NCBI GenBank assembly: GCA_951804945.1
Contig: OX638157.1
Coordinates: forward strand, 55,180,001 to 55,244,000
Length of the DNA: 64,000 nucleotides
Reading direction: 5' to 3'
Source: Podarcis cretensis
Taxonomy: Eukaryota
Shown here: positions 11,200 through 26,100 of the stretch, piece by piece
How positions within the stretch are numbered: the first letter of the stretch is position 1
Layout: each line of letters starts with the position of its first letter
The notes under the pieces: generated by a model
Database searches by the model: none
What the model was told of the DNA's origin: nothing
Seen by the model: the letters and a program-made list of their open reading frames with translations, nothing else
Position numbers and translations under genes: made by a program

Positions 11200-14100
11200 C
11201 TGCAAAGGTAAAACAATCAAAATGTTAACGGAGAAAAATTAAGGAAATGGATGTAACAATATCAAAACAAATAGGATTTGCCCAAGGGAAAATTCTGTTA
11301 GAAATTTAGACAAGGTGGCAAAATAGTTGTCCAGTTCCTTCCAAACTCTCAATTTATGTAACAGTTAGAGATAAACTTATCTTTTAAATGCACAGAGGCT
11401 GGCAAGTTACTGCAATAGCTGCAGACAGCTGAGATCTTTCTCCTGTTTGTGGTTGGAGTGACTTGCAATACAAACTTTTTGTGGGGCATATTTATTTCGC
11501 ATTGTCCAATTGAGAAAGAACATCAATTAACTTTATTCCATCCAAGTCCCCTCTATCTTCATATATAGACCTTTTGTTCAACTTATTACTGACTACAATT
11601 TCTTCCTCTAATCCTTTCACCAAGACAATGAGCAGGTAGGCTATGTGATACAACTGGGTATGCAAATATAAACCAACCAAGTACAGATAGCTAAAGGCCT
11701 ACGTAATCCTAGCTGCCTTCAGGTTACAGCTACTTGGTTCAAATATATTTTGCATTCTGTTGCAGCAGGGCCCTTCTGTATTAATCATCATTTTTATTTT
11801 TCAAGTCTATGATGTGCCCTTTACTCCTTTGTGGGAGATTTTATTTATTTATTTATTCAACCCCTCCATATAAAATAATAGGCTTGTGTACAGCAAAATA
11901 CACAGGTGCAACAAAACATAAAATACCATAATCACAATATAAAATAATCATACAAATGACTGGCTCAACTTGAAATAGTTTAAACAACTGAGTAGGCCTG
12001 TTGGCATGAAAAGGTCTTCAAGAAACATCGGAGGGCAGGGTGAGGAAGAATCATTGTTTGCGATGATGTTCCATTTATCAAGAGGGTAACTGGTTATTAT
12101 TCTACTTGTATTTTTTTTCCATTTTATCTTGGGCTGATTATGCTATATGCAACTAAAATTAGCTTGTGGGGGTCAGGAGAACCCGCCAGAACAGTGTGTG
12201 GAGGGAGGAGTGGGGGGGGGATAATTCAATTCAATCTGGCAAGCGAAAAAGCTTGTGCCAATGGAAGAAATGCCAAGGTGCTACATTGAATTATCAGAGA
12301 AAAGGGTTCTATCTCAGGGCTGCTGTGCTGGTTTTCTCTTGGTGGAGAGTTTTTTTAAGTAGGAAGAAAATTAAAAACAGAATCCTCTATCTACACCCTG
12401 GGGGGATTCCATCCATTCTGCTATCTTGCTCTGTTGCATATGTAGATTAGGCTGTAATGAACACCTGAGAGTAATTAAAAATTAGGATCCTTGCAGAAGT
12501 CCCATTGGTTTTTATGTTTTCCAGTATTGGGGGCTTGCTCTTATAAGCTACATCCCAGGAACAAGTATACTGACCTCTACAATGTCATCATCAAACAATA
12601 GCCAAAAGCCATGACTTTTCACAATGGTAATATAATGTCCACGGTTAGGTCCACTAAAAGAAAAGAAACATCATTAAATTAAAAAAAAGAATAAGGGCAT
12701 AACTGAATCAACCTTCTAGACATAAAAGTTTCATTCCCTGCAACTATAATTCTCCCCTCCATGGTATAGTCTATAAAATGTTAAGGCTTGAAGAGGCGAA
12801 TTCCATCTTCTCCCACATCCAATTTATTTTCCATCTCTGTTTCAACTGATACCTTAACATTATGATTTTCAGTCAAGGTAGTTCATATGTGCTTGTTATA
12901 CCATTGGGGTAATAATAATAATAATTTAATTTACAAGCTTATATACACCAGAATACCTAGGTAGTCCCTCAAATGTGTAGAAACCACATTTTTGGGTGCA
13001 GAAACCCTTATTTTTAGGTGGCCCTGTTTTGCTTCCAAACTGACAGGCACTCCTGAATACTAAAGGCAGTGCTTTTTTCTGGGGGTACACATACCCCTAA
13101 ACATTGTGTGAATCTAAGTTTGGCCTCATTGAGGGGCAGTATTTCAAAATCAGTAGGAAAATGAGAGTACTGCTAAACATTTTTTTAGAAAAAAAAGCAC
13201 TGACTAAAGGAAATTATACTGCTTCTTCTGCACAGGATTTATTTTCTTTAATGAAGCATCGATCTTGCCTGTGGTCAGATTGATGCTTCATTAAAGCATC
13301 AATCTGACCACAGTCAGACAGCAGAATTTACAACAGCAACTTACACTGCATCAGCACCAAGGGGCAGACGCAGTAGATGAAATTAAAAATTCCCTTTAAA
13401 CTTATTTTCATTAAAAATAGCACTCCTTCAGTTAAAATCTATGTTCCAGAGTTTAACATCAGTACTCATTCATCAACCATCACTGTCACTGCAGCCTGTC
13501 TTATCCTCGTTGCCATAAAACAGAATTTTAAGACAGGCCTGGCGATATTCAGCAAAAAGGTATTTAACATAGGTTTCTTCTGAGTGGCTGGGTAGTTTCC
13601 TTAGTAACAGTTGAATTAGCTCTCTTTGGGTATCACGATACAGCAGGCAATGTAGAAGAATGTGCCAAATGGGACAATCCCATCAGAATTACATGGAAGA
13701 AGAAGAAGAAGAAGAAGAGTTTGGATTTGATATCCCGCTTTATTACTACCCGAAGGAGTCTCAAAGCGGCTAACATTCTTCTTTCCCTTTCTCCCCCACA
13801 ACAAACACTCTGTGAGGTGAGTGGGGCTGAGAGACTTCAAAGAAGTGTGACTGGCCCAAGGTCACCCAGCAGCTGCATGTGGAGGAGCGGGGAATCGAAC
13901 CTGGTTCCCCAGATTACTAATCTACCACTCTTAACCGCTACACCACACTGAACACCATCTCTCTTCCACTGGGATGTCATCATATGTGCCCTCTAATAAT
14001 GCTGAAGGGAGAACAGTAAAGCAGGCTCTAGAAAATGCCCAACAGTGTTCAGAACTGTCCAGCGCACTTAAATCATTTGCTGGATAGGATTTTTAGTGTT

Positions 14101-17100
14101 CGTGTTAAGAGTTTATAAATGAAGTAGAATGCTGCTCACCTGCCGCAATGAACTACTACAGCCACCAAGTCATACATGCGATCCAAGTTGATAGCATCCC
14201 CGGATGTGTTGAAGAGACGCAGCTCGAGAGGAAATACCACGCGGTAAGAGAGCTTGGTATACCGATGTAACTGCTCCATGTATTTAAATCTCTTCAGGTG
14301 CAATGCAAGGATCATTGGCAGCTTTTTGACCCTCATCCTATGAAGTCAAAATAATATCACTGGATAAGAACAAAACCTGTGCAGGTTTTTGTTTTTTTCT
14401 TCCAAAGGGGAAAAAGCAACCAGCAATTATTTGTTATAAAAGCTATTTTTTAAAACAAACAAACAAACAACAACAGTGTAATACTTTAAATGCGCACAAA
14501 AGGGAGTCCATGATATCCATAATAAAAATGTAAAATTATTAAGTGCCCATTCTATTTATAAACAGGTCCCTATTCTTGATACGGTGTTCCCACATAGGCA
14601 CACCTCTGTTATTGTTTTTTTGCAGAACTGAAAGCAGGAAGAATTCATTTTATTTCAACCACTGCTTTAAAATTTATACTAGCCTCCCTGGGACCAGGCC
14701 ACAAGGTGCTTTGCTTACCTTTTCTGTGCCTCTTGTTTGCTGCAGCAAGTCTCACAGTAGTACTTTTGTTCGCTGCACAATGTTTCTGTGTTGCTGAAGT
14801 CTCTGAAAAATCAATGGAGGGAACAGTGCTTACAGTTTCATACTTCCCATCCCAAATGCCCCCTGAGCTGGTTGCAAAATATTGTACAGTTGCTTGACTG
14901 TAACTCAAACACAGTGGTCAGAGAGAATATACTTGCAGGATCACCTTACTTGAGAACTGTTAAGGGCCCTAATCTTCTCACTGAGCTATGATTCTCAGAG
15001 TGGTTTAACTCTCAATCCCTCTTTCCAGGGAGCTCTGGGAATTATAGTTTTGTGAGGGGAAGAGGGGTCTCCCAACATCTCTGAGAACCTGTAACACACT
15101 ACAGTTCCCAAAATTCTTTGAGGGAAAGCAGGTCTCTTTAAAGTCCTGCGGTGCTGCTTTAAATGTATAGTACAGATGGGCACTCATTCTGCTCTTCAAA
15201 TTTTATTGAAGTGTGGTTTTCACAGGCATAAGAAATGCTTGTTTTACATTCAACAGATGACAGATTACTTCATTTTGACCTAGCTAAAATAAAACTTCTA
15301 ATTTCTGGATAAAAGCTAGACATATAAACTATTCTTAGACAGAAATATGCTGGAGGTGTTGGTTTATTCATGGGGCAAATGCTTTTCTAAGAAAAAAAAA
15401 TAGAGAGGTAAAACTGACAGAACCAGCTGGCCTTTTCAACTCCTCGTGGAAATAAAAATAATTGATACATAATTTATTGTGTTATTTTATGAATTCCTCT
15501 TTTAATGCCAGCACTGATGCCCAGAGGAAAAGAACTATGTTTGGAGGCTTAAACACAAAAGGGCTTTTTCTTTCAACGATAACTAAGAGGAAGGAGAGTT
15601 TGCTGTAGTATTAAAGGGAAGCAAGACTAATTGAGCTATTGCCTCTGAAATAGCTCCTGTTTACTTATTTCTCTTTCCTGCTCAACACTGTTTATACAAT
15701 TAAGGTCAAACAATGCCGTTTCTGTTCTCAAACACGGCAATTATAATTTCCAAAATACACTTGGGAAACCTGCCAGCTAAAGGTTCATTTCCATTGCACA
15801 TGTGAGCAGACGTGTTTTGAAGTCACTCTATGTTAAGAGCTCGTACTCTTACAAGGGGTTAACTACAATGAGTCCAAAATCTTAATACAGTGGTACCTCG
15901 AGTTACAAATGCCTCAGGTTACAAACACTTCAGGTTACAAACTCCGCTAACCTGGAAGAGTTACCTCGAGTTGAGAACTTTCCCCAGGATGAGAATGGAA
16001 ATTGTGTGCCAACGGCAGCAAGAGGCCCCATTAGCAAAAGCACGCCTCTAGTTAAGAACAGATTCAGGTTAAGAATGAACCTCCAGAACGAATTAAGTTC
16101 ATAACTAGAGGTACCACTGTAGAGGTGAAAAGGTGAGCTTGCAAAGCAATTTGTAAATTTTAATTTTAATTTAAAACAGTAATAAAAACACATGAAACAG
16201 GAAAAAGTACACATCTTGCCCACCAGAATGCATCACGTTCAAAATAGAAGGGGCCATAACATTGAAGTGAAGATAAAAGATCCATATCGTTGTCATTTAT
16301 GCCATAGCATGTGTCCAAAAAAAGATGCAAGCACACCTGGAGGGCACTTCCTGTTTATCCAGGCATTTGATGGATGAATGATGCTGTTCCTGGCAACCTT
16401 GAAATTATTAGCTTTGAGGGTTTTTGACTCTTGTACTTTTTTTATATGATCATGATTGGTTAAAAAAAACAACACATTTTGGATTATTTTAAATGTTTCA
16501 AATGTTTTATTTTCGTTCATATCGTTTTGCTACTTTGGTGTTGGCTTTGCAGCGCCCATTTGGGAAGAAGGACAAGAGGGAAATTTAAGAAGTAAACAAA
16601 TGCCAGTAACATTCACAAAGGTTATAAAACAATGCAATGCACTTTCCGGACCAAGCACAAGGGAAGTCCCAGATAGAGTGCATTATGGTAGTCCAGTCCT
16701 GAAGTACTCTTCTGAAAATGCTTAGACTTTGATGAGTTTCCAGGATAAGGAAGACAAACAACTGTGGAAATGGTACTGAGAGTGCTTCTCTACATCCAGA
16801 TTCCCACACGAAAATGGGACAACCAAGAACAGAATGTATGACCCGCTAAGCCAGGGGTGGAGATCCTCAGATCCAGAGGCCAAATTCAGATCTCCATGCA
16901 TCCCGTATGACTTTCCCCAGGCCACAGCCCCCCTTCAGCCACACCCTCCACCACTCCTGGTGGAGCTTCCTGCAGCCAATCAGAAGCTGCAATTTGGTTT
17001 TCGAATGTTTTGGAAGTTGAACGGACTTCTGGAATGGATTCGGTTCAACTTCCAAGGTACGACTGTATAAGCATTTGGGAAAGAACTTGCGCCTCATGAT

Positions 17101-20100
17101 GGGAAGCAGAAGAGAATATGATCCCTTAGGTAAGAGCTATGTTTCCATGTAGATGGACTCATGCAGTCACCTGCCTAAAGAGCTGAAGCAATAAGCCTGA
17201 GAGAGAATGCATGTGTGTGTGTGTGTGTGTGTGTGCACATGCACAGGCAGGCAAAGGGGGATTTTTGTCTTCCAAGTATTGTTAAGTCTTGGACCCAACT
17301 GATAACAAGCCTTGAGGAGGTTCTGAACTCGGAAAGATGTGTTAAATTGAACTCTTAGTTCAGTATAACTCTGGTAAATCTAAATTCAAAGTTGTATTTA
17401 ATTCAGTGGGACCTAATGGATGCTTAACGACTTCTTTCAGATTAACTGCTGTGATAAATAAAGTTTTCTAATACTTGGGATTAATGCTCCATATTATTCA
17501 TCAGTAAGCCCTTTGATTGACAGATGGTAGATTACTTTCCCAGGAAGTACATGTTATACATGCATGCACACCATTCTCAAGCTATTTGCTCCAGAGTAAA
17601 TCTGCTGCCTTCAGTGGAACCTCCCTGAAGTAAGCAATCAAAAGATTGAAAAGCTGTAGTTTCTTCCTGAATATTCAGTTGCAGCAGGATTGATTTGTAT
17701 TCCTACTTCCCCCCAAAAAAGTTCCATTTATATTTCTTGATTTGATTTATGCCATATCATACCGTAACTCTCATGCTGCTCTTCCTTTCAAATCCCACGA
17801 ATCTAAAATGATCAGACAGCAAAAACCTACTCCCACTTTTTTTCAACACACATTTCTGCAGCCGCTCATTTACCTTAAGCAATGAGTAATCGATGTGTTC
17901 TGCTCCACATCAACAGAGAGATCGAGGAAATCTTCATCTTTGCTGCTAACCTGCAACAAAAATAGGAGGCAATAATATTTCTGGGCACTGCACAGCCAAC
18001 AGCTTGATCCTAAGACTAGCTGCACCAGCAGAGCAAATGCCTACCATTATGTCAGCACAACATCAAAACCTAGAAGAAGATGCCAACATTGCAGAAAGAA
18101 TTAAGCAGTGGGGCAGATGAGTACACCAAAACAAAACAAAAAAATTCCTTCTAGTAGCACCTTAAAGACCAACTAAGTCAGTTCTTGGTATGAGCTTTCG
18201 TGTGCATGCACACTTCTTCAGATACACAGTGTATCTGAAGAAGTGTGCATGCACACGAAAGCTCATACCAAGAACTGACTTAGTTGGTCTTTAAGGTGCT
18301 ACTAGAAGGAATTTTTTTGTTTTGACTATGGCAGACCAACACGGCTACCTATCTGTAACACCAAAACAAGTTATTAAAAAGTTTAGGTTCAAGTTGTTGA
18401 GGTGAATGGTCCTGTCTTTGAAAGCAGTTTGGGAAAAGGAGGCATATTAATCTCTTGCAGCTCTAAGATGGGATACCTAAGCAATGGTTTGTCTTCTGTA
18501 ACTATGGTTACAGAAATGCCTTCACTGTAGTTAAGGACTGAACACAAGGTCATGAAACTGTGATTTGAGGGTGTGTGGCTTTTTTGCCGACCAAGGTTTG
18601 TTTTAGCATAATTGTTACACCCGTATTGAGTATAGCATTTCCCCTTCCTCTCCAGCCTTCCTGCAGAGGCCAGACAGTGTACTGAACTTCATATTTTGAG
18701 AGGCCGTCTATAGCAGGTTCTGCGAACCTGGTGCTCTCCTGTGTTTTCGGACTACAACTTCCATCGACCCTAGCCAGTTGTCAAAGACTTTTCTATAGGA
18801 TGTTGGCCACAGGTTGTGAAATATTGCAAAGATAAGCACCAGGACCTTGAGCTGAGCAGAAGAAGCCTGCAATATCAGTTGCATATGACCTTACTTCCCT
18901 GTGCCTGTCAGGAGAGCAAACATTCTGTAGCAATTGCAGCTTCAGAGTTGTCTTCAGAGTTGCTCTTGGTGGTGCTCCCCAGTAAGGGGCAGTGCAATAA
19001 TCAGTCCTATAAGTTATAAAACCACAATGAAATCCCCCCTTCTCCGAAAAGAGGAGTCTGCATAAACTCCAGCACTGCTGCTACGTCCTTATCCAGGAAA
19101 GGGCCAAGAATACCCTCTAACTCTGGACTTGCTGAGGTAGAGAAATCCCTACCGCACCACTCACAACCAATGCTCCAAAGACCCCTTCCAATACCCTGGG
19201 GCTCCCTACCAGCCTCACCTCCATATAAATGGCCCAAGCTATGGCTGTTTTAAAAGTCTCTCTCTTCAATTTCTCTGAGTTGTGAGTACTGTTATAAGTA
19301 GATCAGACCTAAATGTGGATCCCTACTCTCTAGTGCCATTGCTTTGATCCAGTTACAGGTTCTCTTGCTCATATTGTGAGGTGCTTTAAGAAATGCTTGT
19401 GTTTACATAATGTCACAATCCCTTTTGTACGTTTGCTTATACTGCTACCACTAGACCCATTTTTCCCTGTTTGAAGGGGAGAAATAGATTGCTTCAAACA
19501 ACAAACATTACTTGTTACACACAGCAGAAATAATACCTTGTAACTACTTTATATTGAAAGAATATTTGCTTATTTCAAGAAACTGATTATGGCAAAATCT
19601 CATAAATACAGTAATTACCGTATTTTTCGCCCCATAGGGTGCACCAGCCCATAGGGCACACCTAGATTTTTTTTTGGGGGGGGAATAAAGAAAAAAATTA
19701 TTTCCCCCCCAGCGCGGGGCTGGAGCGGGGGAAGCCCGAGCTTCCCCCGACCCCAGCCCCCAGAACAGGCTGCTAACTGGAAGCCTAGGGAGCCCGGCGG
19801 GAAGTCGTGCCGGTCTCCCCAAGCTTGCGGATATCTGCCCGAAGTTGCGCAGCTCTCCAACGGCTTGCAGAGAGCTGCCTGCATCATGAAGCCTGGGGCG
19901 CGCTGAGCTCAGCGCGCCCCAGGCTTCATGATGCAGGCAGCTTTCGGCAAGCCTTGGGAGAGCTGTGCGACTTCGTGCAGCTCTCCCACGGCTTGCCGAG
20001 AGCTACGCGAAGCCCGAAGCCTGCAGGCTGCTCTCCGCAAGCCGTGGGAGAGCTGCACGACTTCGCGCCGGGCTCCCACGGCTTGCGGATAGCTTCCTGA

Positions 20101-23100
20101 AGCCTGGAGAGCGAGAGGGTGCGCACCGACCCCTCTCGCTATCCAGGCTTCAGAGAAAGCCTGCATTTTCCCCATAGGACACACACACATTTCCCCTTCA
20201 TTTTTGGAGGGGGAAAAGTGTGTCCTATAGGGCAAAAAATACGGTATGTGTTGACACATAGAATCTGGATCCAGGGCTCTCTCTTTCTCACCTAGTACCC
20301 TTTAGCACAGCATGCAACTTAATCCAAAAAAGCTAAATTGTGCAAAGAAGCATATATCAATCTTAGTCAAGATTTACCTTGCCCCAAATCTGACAATGAC
20401 AATTCAGATGATGTCATATTTCTGACTGTTTTTCAGGTTGAGGGGTAAGCCAGTCAACCTGGAAAAAAGGGCTGCTATCAGGCTCCACCTAAGAGGCCCA
20501 GATCCATCCAAATCCCAACTCTTATGTGAACCTCCCTGCCTCCTCGATCACACATTCTGTTTCTCACCCTATTTCTAAGATATGAATTAGAGTGATGACT
20601 TCACAGGGATGCCGCAACAGTGAATATAAAAAAGGCCGCAACGGCCTTTGACTTGCACACTGTTACATAAATGGTCCTAATATGCCCTCATCAAAAAGTT
20701 GAAGCACAAAACGGCATGATACGATATTAGCGGTGCAATTATAAGAGATTGTCTTCATCTAATCTGCTAATGACCAAACTGTTTTCCAGGGCACACTAGT
20801 GTGCGATGACTGGCTCGCTACTGATCTAGGAAAAAATTAATTAATTCCATCATTAGGGGCTCCGGGGAATCTGAACTACTCACTCAAAGTACCTACTCAA
20901 CGCCTTACTGCATGAGTCACTGATTCAGCAGGACTTTAGCCTAGTCGGATAATTCTGGCTTGCTATCTGAGGAAGGCACAAACAGGGCAGGACTTGAGGG
21001 CAAACGTTCAAGGACCACTTCACAGAATGAGCAGGATGGCCCAGCAAACATAGCAGTGACGGCTTACTGTATTTTGAAGTAATGCGCATTACCATCTACA
21101 AGATTATCTAAGCCAAGACAATTAAGTCTAAAATTATCTAACCGAACCACTGCCTCTGAGACACAGAAGGGTGCAAGGGGGCAGATGGGTTTCCTCCCAT
21201 ATAGCTTCATCTACCTTCAGAGCACACCCTGGGCTCTGTCTGTGCCCAAGTCTGCCTTTTCGTTGGGAGGTACATCTAACACAGTGGCTGTCACAGAGGT
21301 GGGTTATTTCGAGCTCTGGTAAGTCTTTCCTAAGGCTACCCTTGTTCTGCTGCAACTCTGCATTTAGAGTGTCCAACCGCAGCTCTCTTCACATACCCAA
21401 ACTTGGATTGGGATTTCCAATGCTGGGGAAATAGGTCTACTCCTTTCCCCCCCCCATGCAGCACAGCCTTGATCCAGAGGGCCCCCACCAAATTTCCATT
21501 AGTGACAGAAGTGAAATCCCGGAGGCTTAACAATGTAATAGCAGTTTGTGTGATGAGGTCATCTGGACTGGTGCATTGGCGTTAGACCATGGTTTCCCAA
21601 ACTTGAGTCTCCAGCAGATTTTGGACTACAGTTCCCATATCATCCCTGACTACTGGTCCTGATAGCTAGGGATGATGGGAGTTGTGGTTCAAAAACAGCT
21701 GGAGAGCCAAGTTTAGGAAACCCTGATTAGACCCTCTCCTCACCACAATGCAATCCTGTTCAGTTCTCACCCCCATGGGTAGAAAATTGTGTTGGGAACT
21801 TCAAACACACTAGAGTACCAACCTAAGAACATTGATTGGCCTATGCCAACTGTGGTTTAAGATTGATGTGTGCCTCCAATTCAGTTTCAGGAAAAAGGGG
21901 ATATCAAAAGTTTGGAGAAGGGTAACCTCATTCTTATTTTGCCACAAGTAATTCCTGGAGCTGCTCCAAACTCAAATTATCCCTCAGTGAAGGCATGTAC
22001 ACATTTACAATACCTTAAGATGCAATATGTCACATGTGGGGCTCTCTTATGGGGAAGGACCAAAGCTTACATGCTCTGCATGCAGAAGTCCCAGGTTCAA
22101 ATCCTGACACCCCCAGTTAGAGCTGGGAAAGAATCCTGACTGAAATCCTGCACAGCCACTGCCATTCAGTGCAGACAATATTGAACTAGATGGTCTGACT
22201 CAGTATAATGCAGCTTCCCATATTTGTATGCAAAGAGACAAAGTTGGGGAATAATTTGTCCTTGTCTAAGGAAGATTCAATACAGGGGGGGGGGATTAAC
22301 CAAAGTTATCCAAAGCCCCAAATAAATATACATAGACAATAGCTGCTTTACTCCATAGAAACACTCATATTTCTTGAACAGCTTCATAAAGTGACATATT
22401 TAGCTCTACAAGCTGCTATAAAGTAATCTATTTTCAAGAAAACACCAACAAGCCCAGTGCTTACAGTTTCACAGTTCAAGCATCTCGTTTCGTTAGTCAG
22501 CGTTCCCTGAAAAATCTCATGCACCCAGGTGAGTTCTTGCTTGTTGTTCTCTTCCGCTTCATTCATGTTGCCGTTTTTCAGTTTGCCGTTTTGCTTTTCC
22601 TGCTTCTTCTCCTCTTGCAGAATGTCGGCAACGGTATTCAGTAAGTAGTTTAAAAACTCATGGGCATCTTGTTGCATGTAGTTGTCAAAGAGATCTGTAA
22701 AAAAAAAACAGGAGGAAGGCATATATTTTCACGGCTTCAGGCGTTGTGGCTGGAGTCAGGGGTCAGTGCTGTTGGGCAGCTGCCAAGGGCCTATACCTTA
22801 GAGGAGAGCCCACCAGCACTGACCTCCAACCATGGGGGAGGGCCCCAAGGAGGGTTTGGGTGATCTTCCCCACTCTGTGCCATGCTAATATCTGCAGTGG
22901 CAGGAGCAGCACCTTCTCCCCACAGCCTGAGTCAGCACAGGGCTGCCTTCACTTGCTTGCCCATGTGTGGTCCATGTAGCCACCAGGGCATCTGACTGCT
23001 CACCTGTCATTTCCCTTGGTGGTTATTTCTGCCTCTGCCCCATCACTCGATGGCCCTTGTGGTCTCTTCCAACTCTATGATTCTGTCTCAGGTGTGGCAG

Positions 23101-26100
23101 GGAGAATCTGGGCCCAGCAAGACTGCCCAGAGACAGCACACAAGCAAGCAAGGAGGAACCCTTGAAGGAGCAGCCACCTCACCCTCTGAATTGCATCTCC
23201 CCCTCTTTCACTGAGCAGTGCAGCAAGGAAGATTGTAGTTTCTAATACTGAATTTACAAAAAAGGTTTGAAAACCTAAATAGCAAGTTTTAAACAAAGCT
23301 CAACTTGAAGAAAGCAAAGCAGAATAATAAAGGGTTAAGGACTCAACTGTGAAAATTCTAGTGCTGCTTTTACAAAAATGGTTTAAAAACCTAAGTGGCA
23401 CAAGTTCAAAGAAAGGAATACAAGATAAACCTTTTTTGTAAATTCAGTATTAGAAACTGTACTTTTGAGTCCTCAATACTCTATTACTGCGCTTTGCTTT
23501 ATCTAGGTCGAGCTAGGGTTATAATACGCCAGAAATTTTTGGGATTCTACCCCTGTTTGAATTTTGGTCATTTAAAATTTATGATTTTTCTATTTCCTTC
23601 TGAGGAAACTGAATAGTTCAGTGAAACGAGGTTTGTAGCCGGCATCCCATTAAGGCTTTGTTCTATTTTAGGTTTTTCTAATTTTTTCCTTCAGCTTTTT
23701 GATTTTTATTATTTAGTTGATTTCCACAAGATAATATTTATAGTCGATTACTTCTCGTTAAGGGACACGGGTGGCGCTGTGGGTAAAACCTCAGCGCCTA
23801 GGACTTGCCGATCGTCAGGTCGGCGGTTCGAATCCCCGCGGCGGGGTGTGCTCCCGCTGCTCGGTCCCAGCGCCTGCCAACCTAGCAGTTCGAAAGCACC
23901 CCCGGGTACAAGTAGATAAATAGGGACCGCTTACCAGCGGGAAGGTAAACGGTGTTCCGTGTGCTGTGCTGGCTTGCCAGATGCAGCTTGTCACGCTGGC
24001 CACGTGACCCGGAAGTGTCTGCGGACAGCGCTGGCTCTCAGCCTATAGAGTGAGATGGGCGCGCAACCCCAGAGTCGGACACGACTGGCCCGTACGGGCA
24101 GGGGTACCTTTACCTTTACCTTTACTTCTCATTTCAGGGATTTTCACGGTATTTCATTTGTTTTGTGCAATTCCTTGGTTTTCAAACAGCTTCGTTCTCG
24201 AACGTTTTGGCTCCCGAACATCACAAACCCAGAAGTGACTGTTCTAGTTTGCAAACTATTTTTGGAAGCCAAATATCCGACGGGGCTCCCGATTGATTGC
24301 AGGAGCTTTCTGAAGCCAATCAGAAGCCGTGCTTTGGTTTCCAAAGGCTTTAAAAGTCTAACGGACTTCCAGAATGGATTCCGTTTGACTTCCAAGGTAC
24401 GACTGTTCTAACGTCTGCCTTTGTCCTCAGCAGGGAAGGACTGGGCCTCACGGGGGCTGTGACTGTCTCTACTCCCTTCTCTGGCCTCTGTCTCAAGGCG
24501 ACGCAGAGGACTGGACAGCAAAACTGACCATAAAGCATAGGCATATTTGAGAGGGCACCCACTCCTCCCTCCTCTCCTCTCTCAGCAGCCTTCCAGAATA
24601 GTTTGGGATCAGGACCGTCGTCTGAAAGGATGTGCGAGTCTATACTTGCCATTCTCCTTTCGTAACCTCGAGATGAACTTTTTGGGTGGAATCACTCCAA
24701 CTTTCTTCTTCTGCGTGGCAATACTGTGGAAAAGGTCCGCAAGGCAAGTCAGGAGGTTTTCCTTCTTTTTCTGCTGGGCCTTGTAGGATAGCACATTTTC
24801 CCGAAAGGGCCGGCAGAAATACAGGGCTTGCAGGACGGAGTTGCAGTAGCACGTGTTTCCAAACTACAAAATATAAGTGGGGACGGGAGAGAGTGGATCA
24901 TGAAGTGCAGCTTAGTGCAACACCCAATATCCTATTTCCCTTGCCTCGGTATTTCCTCCTCTCGGTAGAAGAGGAGAAATCTATAACTGTAGATTGAATG
25001 TAGGTCAACGGGTCTGTGTGTGGAGCTTCAAAGTATTACTCTTTAGCTAGGAATAAAAATTACGTAATGCTAAAACAGGTTTCTTCAGATTTGTTCTGGT
25101 GGCAGGCGTACCATAGTTTTAAAAACAGTGGGCACCTTCAGACTTGGTGCTTTTTTGTGGGTTCACAGTAAGTCTGCAACTTATGCAGGGGTTACACTCC
25201 GGGGGTTGTGCCTAAAGCCAAAATCATGTGTAGTCAAAACCCATTAAGTTCAATGACAGGCGGGACTGCCAAACTCAATATTCCTGGAATGTTGTTGTTG
25301 TTGTTAGAATATAAAAAATACGATAAAACATCAAAATACGATAAAACATTAAAAACTTCCCTAAACAGGGCTGCCTTCAGATGTCTTCTAAAGTCAGATA
25401 GTTGTTGTTTTCCTTGACATCTGATGGGAGGGCGTTCTACAGGGCAGGCGCCACTACCAAGAAGGCCCTCTGCCTGGTTCCCTGCAACCTCACTTCTCAC
25501 AGTAAGGGAATCACCAGAAGGCCCTCGGAGCCTGCTATAATCATCATCACTATTATTATTAGCCATGCACGTAAAGCTGAATGTGCACAAGTTAAATGCA
25601 TGTAAGTTGCAGGCTTTCTGTATTCTGCAACACATAATTGATATAGTAATAGTGCATTAGTGCCAGGTTTTTACTGGACCATCCACACATCATTCTGCTT
25701 CATAGCTGTTTCACAATGCTCTTCCAGTATTACTATATTACTAGATTTCACTATATTTCATTACAGCACAACAGGACACCCACCACCTCTCTTGGAACAC
25801 TTGTGGAATAAAATGTTACAGGGTTTCAGCAGGAAGCTACAGGACACGCACTGACTGGAAATGAAGTGGCACGTCCATTCCAATGTTTTTCCAGGTGCAA
25901 ACAGCATTGAAAGTACCATTGCATAAAACTGTCCCATTTCCATCACTAGCATAAATAAAGGAATAATAAAAGGCACACCCGGAGGGGCCAGTGTTACTAT
26001 TCTAGAAGTTCCCAAAATAAGTATTCAAAGCACTCATCAAAATAACTTTTGTCTGTGTCCCAGAGAGCCCTTTACCATGCATGACCTACACCTGAATATA

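Noticed and set aside
23762-23840. tRNA-like A/B boxes
   Set aside because: These are SINE heads, not tRNA genes.
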